Source: an uncultured Desulfatitalea sp. (GTDB lineage: Bacteria > Desulfobacterota > Desulfobacteria > Desulfobacterales > Desulfosarcinaceae). Taken from it: a DNA stretch of 64,000 bases. The DNA lies in assembly GCA_963668675.2 (NCBI GenBank), contig CAXXMB010000002.1, positions 2,560,001-2,624,000 of the forward strand, read 5' to 3'. The position numbers and the translations under genes are program-made. Below the pieces are notes generated by a model that was given only the letters and a program-made list of their open reading frames with translations, did not search any database and had not been told where the DNA came from. Shown one piece after another: positions 31,638 to 41,510 of this stretch. The first letter of the stretch is position 1. The number at the start of each line of letters is the position of its first letter.

Positions 31638-32867
31638 ATGACACTTACAGATTTTCAGGTCAAAAAGTTGGTGCCCAAATCCCGGCGATACGAGGTTTTC
31701 GATGGTAATAGGGGTTTATATATTCGTGTTCTGCCATCCGGGGTGAAGACGTGGATGTACCGCTATTCTTTTGATGGATTACGCCGCCGGATGTCTTTTG
31801 GTCAGTACCCGGGCATATCTCTCGCACAGGCACGCGGGAAATACTCAGAGGCGCTTCAGAACTTGCAGAACGGGGTAGATCCGGGGGCGAAACAGCGTGA
31901 GGCAAGGGCAAAACGAAAAGCTGCACCAATAGTCCAAGAACTGTTGGATGAGTTTTGGGAGGAAGAGCTTTCAAAGACTCCATCCGGAAAAGAGCGAAAA
32001 AGGATGGTTGAAAAAGACGTGATCCCGGCATGGGGTAAACGGAAAGTGGCCGACGTTACCCGGCGGGATGCCGTCCTTTTAATTGACAAGGTGCGTAAGA
32101 GGGCGCCGGTCGGGGCCAGTCGTCTGCAATCTATAATGGTTCGCATGTGGAATTTTGCGGCGGAACGCGGGATCATTGATTTTTCTCCCATGGTGGGCAT
32201 GCGACGGCCGAAAGAAAAACCAAAAACGCGCGTATTGTCCAACGACGAAATCAAGAAGTTGTGGGATGGCTTGGATCTCGAAAACATTAGGATTGACATT
32301 TATCGACCGACAAAACTTGCTATTAAGCTGATTCTCTTGCTTGGTCAACGCCCTGGTGAAGTATCCAATATGCGATGGTTGGAAATCGATGAGCAGACCA
32401 ATATCTGGACAATACCGCCAGAGAGGGCCAAAAACCGCCAGGAAAACCGCGTACCCTTGAACCGAATGGCGCTCGAAATTCTTAAACAGGCAAAAGTGTA
32501 TTCACCCGACGATGACACGGACTTCGTTTTTAGATCCAGCTACAAGCCGAAGCAGGCATTGAGCCGAGCCGCAATAGGAAAGGCAATCCACCGCCATTGG
32601 GGAAAGGATGAGATGGGGCTTGATGAGCCGTTTACGCCCCATGATCTGCGCCGAACTGTGCGAACCCGGCTTGCTGAAATCGGTATTGCTGATGTCATAG
32701 CCGAACGGGTTCTTGGCCACAAGTTGCAGGGGCTTCTGGCTGTTTACAATCAACATTCATATGATGCAGAGAAGCGGCAAGCGTTGCAAAATTGGGAACA
32801 AAGGCTCCAGGAAATATTAGGGCTTTCAAAACCAAGCGAAAAGGTTATTCTATTTGCACCAAGGTAG
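31638..32867 (+). CDS. int: Tyrosine integrase (P4-type, with arm-binding domain)
   Basis: N-terminal GLYIRV..SG.KTW.YRY..G.YP..SLA.AR; catalytic GQRPGE, HDLRRT, LGH and YN. Confidence 0.95.
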   Translation: MTLTDFQVKKLVPKSRRYEVFDGNRGLYIRVLPSGVKTWMYRYSFDGLRRRMSFGQYPGISLAQARGKYSEALQNLQNGVDPGAKQREARAKRKAAPIVQELLDEFWEEELSKTPSGKERKRMVEKDVIPAWGKRKVADVTRRDAVLLIDKVRKRAPVGASRLQSIMVRMWNFAAERGIIDFSPMVGMRRPKEKPKTRVLSNDEIKKLWDGLDLENIRIDIYRPTKLAIKLILLLGQRPGEVSNMRWLEIDEQTNIWTIPPERAKNRQENRVPLNRMALEILKQAKVYSPDDDTDFVFRSSYKPKQALSRAAIGKAIHRHWGKDEMGLDEPFTPHDLRRTVRTRLAEIGIADVIAERVLGHKLQGLLAVYNQHSYDAEKRQALQNWEQRLQEILGLSKPSEKVILFAPR

Positions 32868-32892
32868 CCCAACTTATTCCTAAATAATTTTT

Positions 32893-33963
32893 CCCGGTTC
32901 TCTATGAAACTTAAGTTGCGTAATATTCAGAAATCGGGTCCATATCCCACGCTATTTTGGGATAGGTAATTTTCGTCGATGTCATTGCTATTTGCACTAA
33001 TCGCATGAACTTTTTGCCGATGCTCTTTGACTTTCTGCGATTGAAACGAAACGCATACTCGTCAAGATAGTTTTGAAGATACTTGGGTTCGAAACGACCC
33101 TGAAACGTTCCACGGATAAGCCTTTTTACAAGAGACGTTACCAGATGAACACCATACAGGCTTTCGTTATCCTTGGAACTGCTTTGAATAGATCTTTCAT
33201 GGTAAGTACCTTCAATAAAGTTGTACCCGCTCCATGAATCTGTGGCGATTGTGCTGCCGGATTGTACATTATTAAGGATGAACGTTTCTAATGAATAGGA
33301 GGAACAATCCAAGGCTACTTGCAGGCGAACACGACCCATTCGCTTTTTCACGTTTCATCTTTCTACCGCAATAGCTACGATTGTTTTGCCCTCAGCGCCG
33401 CGGCCCCTTTTGCCAGACTTTTGGCCGCCGATGAAAAATTCATCCACTTCAACGCGCCCGGATAGTTTACTACGCCCCTGGCGTATGGTGCATCGTCTGA
33501 GTTTTTGCAGCCAGGTCCAAGCTGTTCCATAGCTGCCAAAACCTAAAAGTTCTTTGAGATTAGTGGCATTGATCCCGGATTTTCGTGTGGTAAACCACCA
33601 CATGGCCTTAAACCAATAAGTAATCGGGCTTTTTGTACTGTCCATAATGGTACCAGCGGTCAATGAATGTGTATGTTCACACTGAGTGCAGATATAAAGA
33701 TTGCGTGCGCTGACCCAGCATTTAGTGTGACCGCATTTTTTGCAGGTAAATCCGTCGGGCCACTTTTGATCAAATAGATACTGGTAACATGCTTTAGGTT
33801 CAGAAAAACGTTGATCGAACTCAATCTCATTTTTAGGAAAATCTTCGGTAATCGTAAACTTTGTCATAACGGCCTCCTTTGTTGTTTTGAGGCTATTATA
33901 ACAGTGGTGTGTGACAGATCCGGTCACACCTTAACGCAAACTTAAGTTTCATAGAGAACCGGG
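32893..33963 (-). mobile_element. IS1595-family insertion sequence
   Basis: 25-bp perfect IR CCCGGTTCTCTATGAAACTTAAGTT; 8-bp target duplication TAATTTTT (32885-32892 and 33964-33971). Confidence 0.93.
32911..33867 (-). pseudogene. IS1595 transposase with an in-frame TGA at 33355-33357
   Basis: Zn ribbon CKKC/CTQC, VEVDE, TDSW and YLDEYAFRFNRR; both halves are in the same frame. Confidence 0.88.
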
Positions 33964-34136
33964 TAATTTTTTACAAAACGCTTGACGAGGTATTTAAGCT
34001 CAAGCATATTCATTAATATGTAATGAACTGAATACTTCCTCTGGGCAACTCTATTGCGCTTCGTCCAGAGGGTTATTCAATAGACTAAATATCTTTCCCG
34101 GGCCACATTGACACACCCGGGCATGCCAGCCACGCG

Positions 34137-34191
34137 AAAGCCACGCTGGAACGATGGGATAAATCCCGTCTGTTTCCAGTGTGGCTTTTTT
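34137..34191 (+). terminator. Long hairpin plus T tract in the alpA leader
   Basis: AAAGCCACGCTGGAA..GATGGGAT-AA-ATCCCGTC..TTCCAGTGTGGCTTTTTT. Confidence 0.65.
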
Positions 34192-34228
34192 ATTGCCCGA
34201 TTCGATTTATTACACTTACGGAGGTTTT

Positions 34229-34426
34229 ATGAAAAAGATTTCAAGCAATGACCGTATCCTAAGGAAGCCTGAGGTTGGCTTTAAGACCGGTCTCTCTGAT
34301 CCAACGATCTGGAGAATGGAGAGAGACGGAAAATTTCCCAAAAGGCTTAAAATGGGAGGCAAGTCCGTTGGTTGGCTTGAATCAGAAATAATCGCTTGGA
34401 TTCAGGAAAAAATAAGAGAGAGATAA
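34229..34426 (+). CDS. alpA: AlpA-family regulator/excisionase
   Basis: RILRKPEV..KTGLS..TIWRME..GKFPK..MGGKSVGWLESEI; GGAGG RBS. Confidence 0.92.
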   Translation: MKKISSNDRILRKPEVGFKTGLSDPTIWRMERDGKFPKRLKMGGKSVGWLESEIIAWIQEKIRER

Positions 34427-34658
34427 ATCGATGCGACCAGACGAATTTGAAAATACCCCCTTGGTTCAACAGCGAATGAAGCTGCTGGATGCTGAGGTTA
34501 AGCCATGACGCCGAAGCAGGCAGTCAGAAAGATGTGCGTTCGATGTGTTCAATCACCGTTTGATTTGGATAATTGCGGTGGTAATCGCATGATCGGCACC
34601 GGAGGCGATGAGAACAATGTCTGTTTTTTTGTAAGCGTCAAAGGAAGTACACCTGCAG

Positions 34659-36251
34659 CTATACGCGTGATGAGCTGATCAGTTCAGGATCGATATTCTG
34701 AGGTAGCAGGTTGCGATAACCATCTTGATTTTTGACAAGCGGAAGATTTTCAAACAAACAGCGAAGATAAGAATAAGGCTCCAGCCCATTGGCCTTGGCG
34801 GTTTCAATCAGGGTAAAAAACGTTGCTGCGGCATCAGCCCCATTGGGTGCACCGGCAAATAGCCAATTTTTTCTTCCTACAACGAATGGGCGGATGGCAT
34901 TTTCGGCAGCGTTGTTGTCAGGTTTATAATGCCCATCTTCGATATACACAGCCAGCTTGGACCAGTTGCGGAGGCTATAGTTGATCGCGATGCCCAAAAG
35001 CCCTTTCGGAGGTGTTAACGGCTGCGTCTTTTCCAGCCACTTTTCAAACGCATCCAGGATCGGCTTGGCTTTCTCCTGGCGAAGGGCATGGACCTGCTCC
35101 GGTGACATCTGTTGATCCCGAGCGAACCTTTCAACTTTGTACAATAGGCCGATGTACTCCAACGCCTCATCTGCCAGGGTTTGGGTATCGGCCCGGTTGC
35201 CCCGGTTTTTTTTACGGGCCTTGATCACCTCGGCGAACTTGCGACGGGCATGCGCCCAGCATCCCATGTGTACGATGCCGGTCTTTTTGCCCAGGTAGTC
35301 ATAGCCATCATAATCGTCGCTTTGGATCGTGCCTTTGTAATCATCCAAAAACGTCAAGGCTACTTTACCGCTGCGGGTGGGATGATACCGGTACAACACG
35401 CTCGGCCGATCGTATTGCCCACCGCAAAAGACCCACATGTAAGATTTACTGGTGTTGGCCCGGCCGGGCTCTTTTAAGACCTGAAGCGGCGTTTCGTCCA
35501 TCTGGATCAAGGGGCCCTCCCGGATCTGTTGCTCGACCAATTCGATCAGGGGGCTGCATCGCCGGGCTGCCTGCACCAGCCAATTGGCCATGGTGGCACG
35601 CGACAGATCCACACCCAAGCGGGCAAACATCTTTTGCTGACGGTAAAGCGGCAGGGCGTCAGCAAACTTGGACACGGCAATGTGCGCCAAAAGCCCTTCG
35701 GTGACCATCGACTTTTCGATCAGCTGCACCGGGGCCGGCGCGATCTTTACCGTGGGACCGTCATCTTCAACGCCCTCACAACTTTTGCAGGCGTATTTGT
35801 ACCGGACATGGCGTATCACCTGAACCTTGGCCGGTATATAGTCGAGCTTTTCGCAGGTCTCTTGTCCGATGCGGCTCAGCTTGGCGCCGCAAGCGCACAT
35901 CTTTTGATCTTCGGGCAGATCGTGGATGACCTCGACGCGCGGCAGATCCTCGGGCAACGGTTTGCGACCGCGCTTGCGCCGCTTGTGGGCAGGAACAACG
36001 ATCGTGTCCTGTGATGTTGGGACTGGATCGGGCGTATCGTCCAGTTGACCAAAAATCGGCATTTGGCGGTTATCGCCCTGGCGGCGCTGTTCACTCTTTT
36101 TCCCAAACAGCTCGTTTTGCAACAATCGGATGCGCTCTTCCAGGTAATGGATCTTTTCCTGGTACTTTTGATCGATGGCTTCGATAAAAGAAGCAATGTC
36201 TTGCTTGGATAAGCGAACATCATCAGGCAGGCTGGACAGGTCCGATTTCAT
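34659..36251 (-). CDS. tnpC: IS66 transposase TnpC
   Basis: RKPLPEDLPR, LPLYRQ, DET, CWAHARRKF and DNNAAENAIRP..GRKNWLF. Confidence 0.95.
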   Translation of the reverse strand: MKSDLSSLPDDVRLSKQDIASFIEAIDQKYQEKIHYLEERIRLLQNELFGKKSEQRRQGDNRQMPIFGQLDDTPDPVPTSQDTIVVPAHKRRKRGRKPLPEDLPRVEVIHDLPEDQKMCACGAKLSRIGQETCEKLDYIPAKVQVIRHVRYKYACKSCEGVEDDGPTVKIAPAPVQLIEKSMVTEGLLAHIAVSKFADALPLYRQQKMFARLGVDLSRATMANWLVQAARRCSPLIELVEQQIREGPLIQMDETPLQVLKEPGRANTSKSYMWVFCGGQYDRPSVLYRYHPTRSGKVALTFLDDYKGTIQSDDYDGYDYLGKKTGIVHMGCWAHARRKFAEVIKARKKNRGNRADTQTLADEALEYIGLLYKVERFARDQQMSPEQVHALRQEKAKPILDAFEKWLEKTQPLTPPKGLLGIAINYSLRNWSKLAVYIEDGHYKPDNNAAENAIRPFVVGRKNWLFAGAPNGADAAATFFTLIETAKANGLEPYSYLRCLFENLPLVKNQDGYRNLLPQNIDPELISSSRV

Positions 36252-36315
36252 GCCTGCGTGTATAGCATAACCGGCCGTTATTTTGAAGGGAATTTCTTAA
36301 AAAGAAGTAAAATAT

Positions 36316-36663
36316 TTATGCTACCGCAGAGTAGTATAATTGCTCGTGGGCACTAGTAAAGTCCAGGCCCGCCAGAAGCCAGTTCAACTGTTTAGCGCCG
36401 ATGGTCACCACCTCGTCAACTGATATCGGCCATTTGAAGCGATGCTTTTCAAGACGCTTGAGCCACAGACAAAAACCGTTGTGGTCCCAGTACAGGATCT
36501 TGATGATGGTGCGCGCCCGATTGCAAAACACGAACAGATCCCCTGAAAAGGGGTTTAACGACATGTCCTGCTCGACCATGATCGAAAGCCCGTTGATGGC
36601 CTTTCTCATATCGGTGTGCCCGACGGCGAGAAATACGCGCTGAGTGTTTTGCGGCAGCATCAT
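36316..36663 (-). CDS. tnpB: IS66 accessory protein TnpB
   Basis: TDMRKAINGL, FVFCNR and KILYWD.NGF.LW.KRLE. Confidence 0.93.
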   Translation of the reverse strand: MMLPQNTQRVFLAVGHTDMRKAINGLSIMVEQDMSLNPFSGDLFVFCNRARTIIKILYWDHNGFCLWLKRLEKHRFKWPISVDEVVTIGAKQLNWLLAGLDFTSAHEQLYYSAVA

Positions 36664-36992
36664 AGCACCTTGATCGTTGCGATGAGTTGTCGCAGCACAT
36701 GCGGATCGAAGTTGCCGGGGACATCGATACAAAACCCGTTGGGGGTGTGCAATTTCAATGTTGCCTGATGAACCGGCACGGGAAGATGGGATGCCACTTT
36801 CAGCGGTACGAATGAGATGCTCTGCTCGGTTTTTGACAAGCGGTTTTTCCAGTAGCTCATCTGGTATTGCTTGATCCCGTGCTCCTGGCAATAGGCTGCT
36901 TGCTTCAAACCACTTTGTTGCCAGGCGTTAATGTGGTGTTGCCAATACTTGCGCTTTTGTTTGCGAGTTTTGTTCGAACTGGTGGTGCTCAT
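36660..36992 (-). CDS. tnpA: IS66 accessory protein TnpA
   Basis: WQQSGL.QAAYC.EHGI...YW; ATGA overlap with tnpB. Confidence 0.88.
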   Translation of the reverse strand: MSTTSSNKTRKQKRKYWQHHINAWQQSGLKQAAYCQEHGIKQYQMSYWKNRLSKTEQSISFVPLKVASHLPVPVHQATLKLHTPNGFCIDVPGNFDPHVLRQLIATIKVL

Positions 36993-37410
36993 CTGTGCGC
37001 CTCCTTATCGGAAATTTTGGCGCACTATGGCATGGCTGCTATCGTTTGAGAAGATGGGGTTAATTGAACCCTTACGTTTTTTTTCCCCATACCGGCTGGG
37101 CGACGGCCGACCATCGGTGAAGACCATTCGAAAATTCTGCATTGAATGTATGGGGGGCAGCAACACCTTGGTGCGAGGATGTGCAGATGGTAATTGTCCA
37201 TTGCACCCCTTTCGCTTTGGAACCAACCCGAACAGATCTGGAGTTACAAAAAAAGTCGTCGAAACAGCACGCTGAAGTGGCTTTTTGCGATGAAATTTAA
37301 ACGAACCGAGCAAGGTGCATGCAATTGGTTGGCGCGGGCCTGGGCAGTCCGTGAAAAAATGAATTCCATGGCCCCGGAATTCACCGACCACACATTATCG
37401 AGGGGCTATT

Positions 37411-37947
37411 ATGAAGCATACAGACGATGAACCGACCGGCGGAATCTACTTTGAGAGGAAAATCTATCGCTCCATGGCATTCCTGGAGCTATCAAAAAAT
37501 GCGCGCATGGTACTCTTGGCAATGTTAGACGCCCGCCAGGTAAACCCGGCGTATAAAAAAGCCGCGAAGCAGGGACACCGTGCAGACCGATATGTTGATC
37601 TTGATAAAATTAAGATGCCGTACACCACCCTGCATAAAGACTTCGGTATGCCGGTGCAATCCATTCCACGTGCGATTGATGACCTCTTAGCTAAAGGCTT
37701 TATCGAAATCAAACATGTCGGCGGCGCTGGCGAACACGATATGTCAGTTTATGCGCTTATCGAAGATTATTTGCAATGGACAGATGGCAAAGTATTCCGA
37801 CAGCGAAAACGGGATGGCATACGCCGAGGATACCAGGGACGAAAGCTTGGTGTTATCTCCAACCAAAAACAAAGCTCGCACTCAAAAAGCGAGACTTATA
37901 CACACTCAAAAAATGAGGTTTTTGGTACTCAAAATGCGAGACTCTAA
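37411..37947 (+). CDS. Winged-helix protein, probable replication initiator
   Basis: AFLELSKNARMVLL, HTH ..RAIDDLLAKGFIEI; tandem repeats at the 3' end. Confidence 0.6.
   Translation: MKHTDDEPTGGIYFERKIYRSMAFLELSKNARMVLLAMLDARQVNPAYKKAAKQGHRADRYVDLDKIKMPYTTLHKDFGMPVQSIPRAIDDLLAKGFIEIKHVGGAGEHDMSVYALIEDYLQWTDGKVFRQRKRDGIRRGYQGRKLGVISNQKQSSHSKSETYTHSKNEVFGTQNARL
37879..37943 (+). repeat. Three 18-bp direct repeats (candidate iterons)
   Basis: CACTCAAAAAGCGAGACT (37879), CACTCAAAAAATGAGGTT (37903) and TACTCAAAATGCGAGACT (37926). Confidence 0.65.
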
Positions 37948-38104
37948 TTTTCTAAATCCAGCAGTGACGGACATGTCTGTTAAGCCGGAAGGGTCACGTT
38001 TTGAGCGTACTAACATGTATATCATGGGGGAGACCCCATTAAAAACCATGGGGAAAGGTGGCGCAACCGACCCTGACCCCAAAACAGGCACGAAGGAGAA
38101 GAAA

Positions 38105-38563
38105 TTGAAGGTTCTATCCCTTGATTTGGCGACCCGAACCGGATGGGCTGCCAATGACGGTAAACGCTGTGGCTTGATGACTTTCGACCTAAAGCGCGGA
38201 GAAAGCCCCGGTATGAGATTTTTAAGGTGTCGAGCCTGGTTGAAAGAAATGTATGCCCTCTTTGGTGGTCTGGACCTCATTGTTTATGAACAGGCTCACC
38301 ACAGAGGGGGTGCGGCAACCGTTTGTTGTGTTGGGTTGGTTACTGAAGTTCAAGCCTTTGCAGCGAACCACAATATAGAACTGATGCCGGTTCATACTGC
38401 CACATTGAAGAAGTTTGCGACCGGCAAAGGCAATGCTGGTAAGTCGGAGATGATCAAGGCGGCAGAGAATAGAGGGTGGAAGGTTTCTGACGACAATGAG
38501 GCGGACGCGGTTCTTCTGTTGGAATATGCGGCCGAAGAATTAAAAATACACAATTACGTATGA
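38105..38563 (+). CDS. Phage-type RuvC Holliday junction resolvase
   Basis: TTG start after AAGGAG; VLSLDLATRTGW, IVYE, LKKFATGKGNA.K and DNEADA. Confidence 0.82.
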   Translation: MKVLSLDLATRTGWAANDGKRCGLMTFDLKRGESPGMRFLRCRAWLKEMYALFGGLDLIVYEQAHHRGGAATVCCVGLVTEVQAFAANHNIELMPVHTATLKKFATGKGNAGKSEMIKAAENRGWKVSDDNEADAVLLLEYAAEELKIHNYV

Positions 38564-38594
38564 ATGCAGCTTTCAACCATAAGGAGAGGCAATT

Positions 38595-39248
38595 ATGAGT
38601 GATAAGAATTTTGAAACTGAAAATTTATATACGGGGCTGAGGGGGAAGCTCCTTCTTTGGCTTCGTGCCTATCTCGACGATTCGAATTCATACACTTTTC
38701 TCAGGAAAACAGGTGCAGCTCGAGAGGCTGGATACTCAGAAAAATCCTGTGGGTCGATTGGATGGCAAAACTACAAAAAACTACAAAATAGGATATCAGT
38801 CTGGATGGACGATGAAGGCCTCAGCGAGGTTAGGTTAAAGACCAAGCTGGTGAAATTAATTTATGCTAAAAGGGTCGTTTTTACCAAGGTGAAGGGAAAA
38901 GTTGACTTTTCATCTCTACCAAAAGGCGCTTTCATTGTTGCCGAATCGGCAAAAAGGGCGTTGGCTGACAAGGGTGAAGATGCGGAGGCTTTCGATATTG
39001 GAGATACGGTTGTTGCTATTCCAGTTGAGGACTTGGAAATCCAGCGCAGAGCGTTGGATATGGCTTTAAAGGCTATAGGGCTCTATAAGCCTGTCGAGGC
39101 AAGTGTGACCGTTAAAGAGCATATCGACGATGAGGACAGGGATATGTTGAGGGATATTGCCAAGGAGCTTGGGAGGAGGGCTTTGAAAGATGGTGTGAGG
39201 GGCGCCGGTAGATGCATTGATGATTATGGCCAGAATCGATCTGCATAG
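38595..39248 (+). CDS. Terminase small subunit-like protein
   Basis: N-terminal TerS HTH T.AAREAGYSEKS...IG.QN..K; AAGGAG RBS. Confidence 0.7.
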   Translation: MSDKNFETENLYTGLRGKLLLWLRAYLDDSNSYTFLRKTGAAREAGYSEKSCGSIGWQNYKKLQNRISVWMDDEGLSEVRLKTKLVKLIYAKRVVFTKVKGKVDFSSLPKGAFIVAESAKRALADKGEDAEAFDIGDTVVAIPVEDLEIQRRALDMALKAIGLYKPVEASVTVKEHIDDEDRDMLRDIAKELGRRALKDGVRGAGRCIDDYGQNRSA

Positions 39249-39696
39249 TAGGTATTTCTGACGCTTTTTGATTTTGAGAGATATGCTGTCCGGTTGGCCG
39301 CTGAAATTATGGCAGCAGAGTGTTTTTCCATTACTCCTGAATCTATTGTTTTATTTCCCAATATGATCGATGGAATAGCTATACCAAAGAATAGTATGGC
39401 ATATGGACTTGCCAACCATAGAATAATTTTGTCACTTTTCACGACTGAGGGCCCCCTTCTTTATAAAGCCCCTAACCGCTGTAAATATTAAGTGCTGCTA
39501 CAAATATAATGGCTATCCATGAAACCAGCTTAATAGATGTCCAGCAGTCGTATCTAATAGGGCTGGGTATTGGCACTCAACCAGCTCACCACCATAGATT
39601 CCTGCTGCTCGGCGCCAAAAAAATGCTTTGGATATATATGGCTCCGGCTTCGATCGGGGCTTTCTTATTGGTTAAGTGCTTAGAAAGATGTAATTT

Positions 39697-39879
39697 TCAG
39701 TCTTTGCCGTGATGGTTTAAATTCTCCGCATGCCAGTCAACACCAAATTTTTCCCTAATATGCTCGAGGCCTGCATTAATTAAAAAGTTTGCCAAGCTGC
39801 GGTTGTCCCGTTCGGCGTACTTTTCGAAAAATTTTTTCATTTTGGGGTCTATTCGCAAGCTGATTAGGATTTTTTTCAT
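39697..39879 (-). CDS. Ribbon-helix-helix DNA-binding protein
   Basis: ISLRID...K..FEKYAERDNRSLANFL. Confidence 0.75.
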   Translation of the reverse strand: MKKILISLRIDPKMKKFFEKYAERDNRSLANFLINAGLEHIREKFGVDWHAENLNHHGKD

Positions 39880-40041
39880 ATTTAAATAATAATATTATAT
39901 CATTTTATTGACAATAAAAAACTTTTGATACTAAATCGATATATATATGATATACAAACGATGACCAATAGGATAATCGACTATTCCAGTATATTGGGTT
40001 ATTAAGTTTGCGTTCTGCTATAGAACTTGAGGAATAGTAAA

Positions 40042-40800
40042 ATGAGACAGAAAATATTTGGTGATTTCAGAGGCGAAATCAGAACCTTAAGCATTCCTAG
40101 TCCTAAGGATGAGGTAATGCCGGGGATTATTTGGGGAAAATATGATGAGCTTTTCACACCGGCTTTTTGGGCCGTACAAGCTTGGCTTTGTGATCCAGAA
40201 TTGAGTTGCCAAATGTATCGACTTGGAGACACCTTTGTCGAGGAAATAGCCGCATGTTTGCTTGGTGGCCATGGGATACCGGCTGACATAGGATTGGCGG
40301 CATATGCTCAAATGAAAGATAGCGGACTTCTTTTTAAGGACGAGGTGTCGGAGGATGATTTTTTTAAAGTCTTAGACGCTCCACTTCAGATAGGAGGGAG
40401 AGAGGTAAGATACAGATTTGCTAGACAGAAATCGAAATATTTGTTTGCTGCTGTCAGCAAGTGTAATCAAGAACCACCGCCAATTAATGATGAACTAATG
40501 CTTAGGGAATGGCTCCTAACCATTCCTGGTATTGGATTTAAAACTTCTGCCTGGATTGTTCGAAATTATCTCTGCAGCGATAAAGTGGCAATAATTGATA
40601 TTCATGTATATAGAGCTGGAGTTCTGGCCGGGATATTTGATCTTCCGTGCAAGGTTCAAAAGAATTATTTAAAAATGGAGCATCGATTTTTACAGTTTGC
40701 TAATGCAATTGGTGCTAAAGCCTCTTTGCTTGACTCAATTATTTGGGAAAATATGCGACGATTGAATAAGACCGCAATAGGGATGTTGGGAACTAATTAA
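40042..40800 (+). CDS. HhH DNA N-glycosylase/AP lyase (8-oxoguanine glycosylase-like)
   Basis: EEIAACLL, YRFARQKS, HhH LREWLLTIPGIGFKTSAWIVRN with Lys, and AIIDIH with Asp. Confidence 0.82.
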   Translation: MRQKIFGDFRGEIRTLSIPSPKDEVMPGIIWGKYDELFTPAFWAVQAWLCDPELSCQMYRLGDTFVEEIAACLLGGHGIPADIGLAAYAQMKDSGLLFKDEVSEDDFFKVLDAPLQIGGREVRYRFARQKSKYLFAAVSKCNQEPPPINDELMLREWLLTIPGIGFKTSAWIVRNYLCSDKVAIIDIHVYRAGVLAGIFDLPCKVQKNYLKMEHRFLQFANAIGAKASLLDSIIWENMRRLNKTAIGMLGTN

Positions 40801-40805
40801 ACAAA

Positions 40806-41510
40806 TTACATAGATCTAGTATTAAAATCGGCATTGGTCCCGAACAGGCACCCACCCATACCAGTCAATTTGCCACTAGACGGTAGGATTTCATCTAATT
40901 CTGCATCGCCGGTTATTCCCACCGGACAGCACGATAGACCCAAAGCCTCAGCCACTAGTGTGAGGTGGCCAAGCAAAACACCAGCATCGCGCCAAACCAA
41001 ACTATCTCCATTCTCATATTTCGATAATGTTTTCCCTGCCTGTGCAACAAACCAGAATAGCGTCGCTTGCTGAAGTGGAACTACAGAATCTATTTCCATT
41101 AAGAATAATTCTATCAGAGATTCGCTGATTGACAATGAGCATATGCAATGAGCATATGGGTCGTAAATATACGATAACCATCCTTTTTTGCACGGTCTAA
41201 AAATTACAATATCAATCGGATGGCATCCTCCAGCTGATGCAACCGGGCGATGTTGCCAGGGCACTTGATCTTTTTCCAAGGAATTTTTTTTTATATGTGC
41301 GCTGTACCAAAGGAGGCTTGACAGATAGTTAAGCGTAAGATGGCTGAAATCCCTTCTTGTTTTTCTTTCCAACAAGACACTAAAAAAATCAATTTCGTTC
41401 ATTTCAGTAGGAGTATCGAGGTAAAACCTATCAACAATGGGATATTTGAAATCTGAATACTCCAGTGCATTGGTTAGCGGTTTAGGAGAATTAAGGCTAA
41501 TAGTCTTCAT
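40806..41510 (-). CDS. SagB/ThcOx-like FMN nitroreductase-family protein
   Basis: RKTRRDF, RPVASAGGCHP and RDAG....LTLVAEALGLSCC. Confidence 0.82.
   Translation of the reverse strand: MKTISLNSPKPLTNALEYSDFKYPIVDRFYLDTPTEMNEIDFFSVLLERKTRRDFSHLTLNYLSSLLWYSAHIKKNSLEKDQVPWQHRPVASAGGCHPIDIVIFRPCKKGWLSYIYDPYAHCICSLSISESLIELFLMEIDSVVPLQQATLFWFVAQAGKTLSKYENGDSLVWRDAGVLLGHLTLVAEALGLSCCPVGITGDAELDEILPSSGKLTGMGGCLFGTNADFNTRSM

Larger units (their letters stand above)
34631..37075 (-). mobile_element. IS66-family insertion sequence
   Basis: GTAAG...CTTAC termini; 8-bp target duplication GTTTTTTT (34623-34630 and 37076-37083); tnpA-tnpB-tnpC. Confidence 0.94.
34505..37275 (+). pseudogene. Cys-rich two-repeat protein gene split by IS66
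   Basis: Removing IS66 and one target copy joins 34505-34630 in frame to 37084-37275, giving 105 aa. Confidence 0.8.

Noticed and set aside
33355..33357. Selenocysteine recoding of the transposase TGA
   Set aside because: The homologous fragment near 28480 has Asn, not Cys, at this position; a nonsense mutation is simpler.
39224..39712. Short ORFs between terS and the RHH gene
   Set aside because: Conflicting short frames without motifs; possibly a decayed membrane-protein gene, but not supportable.
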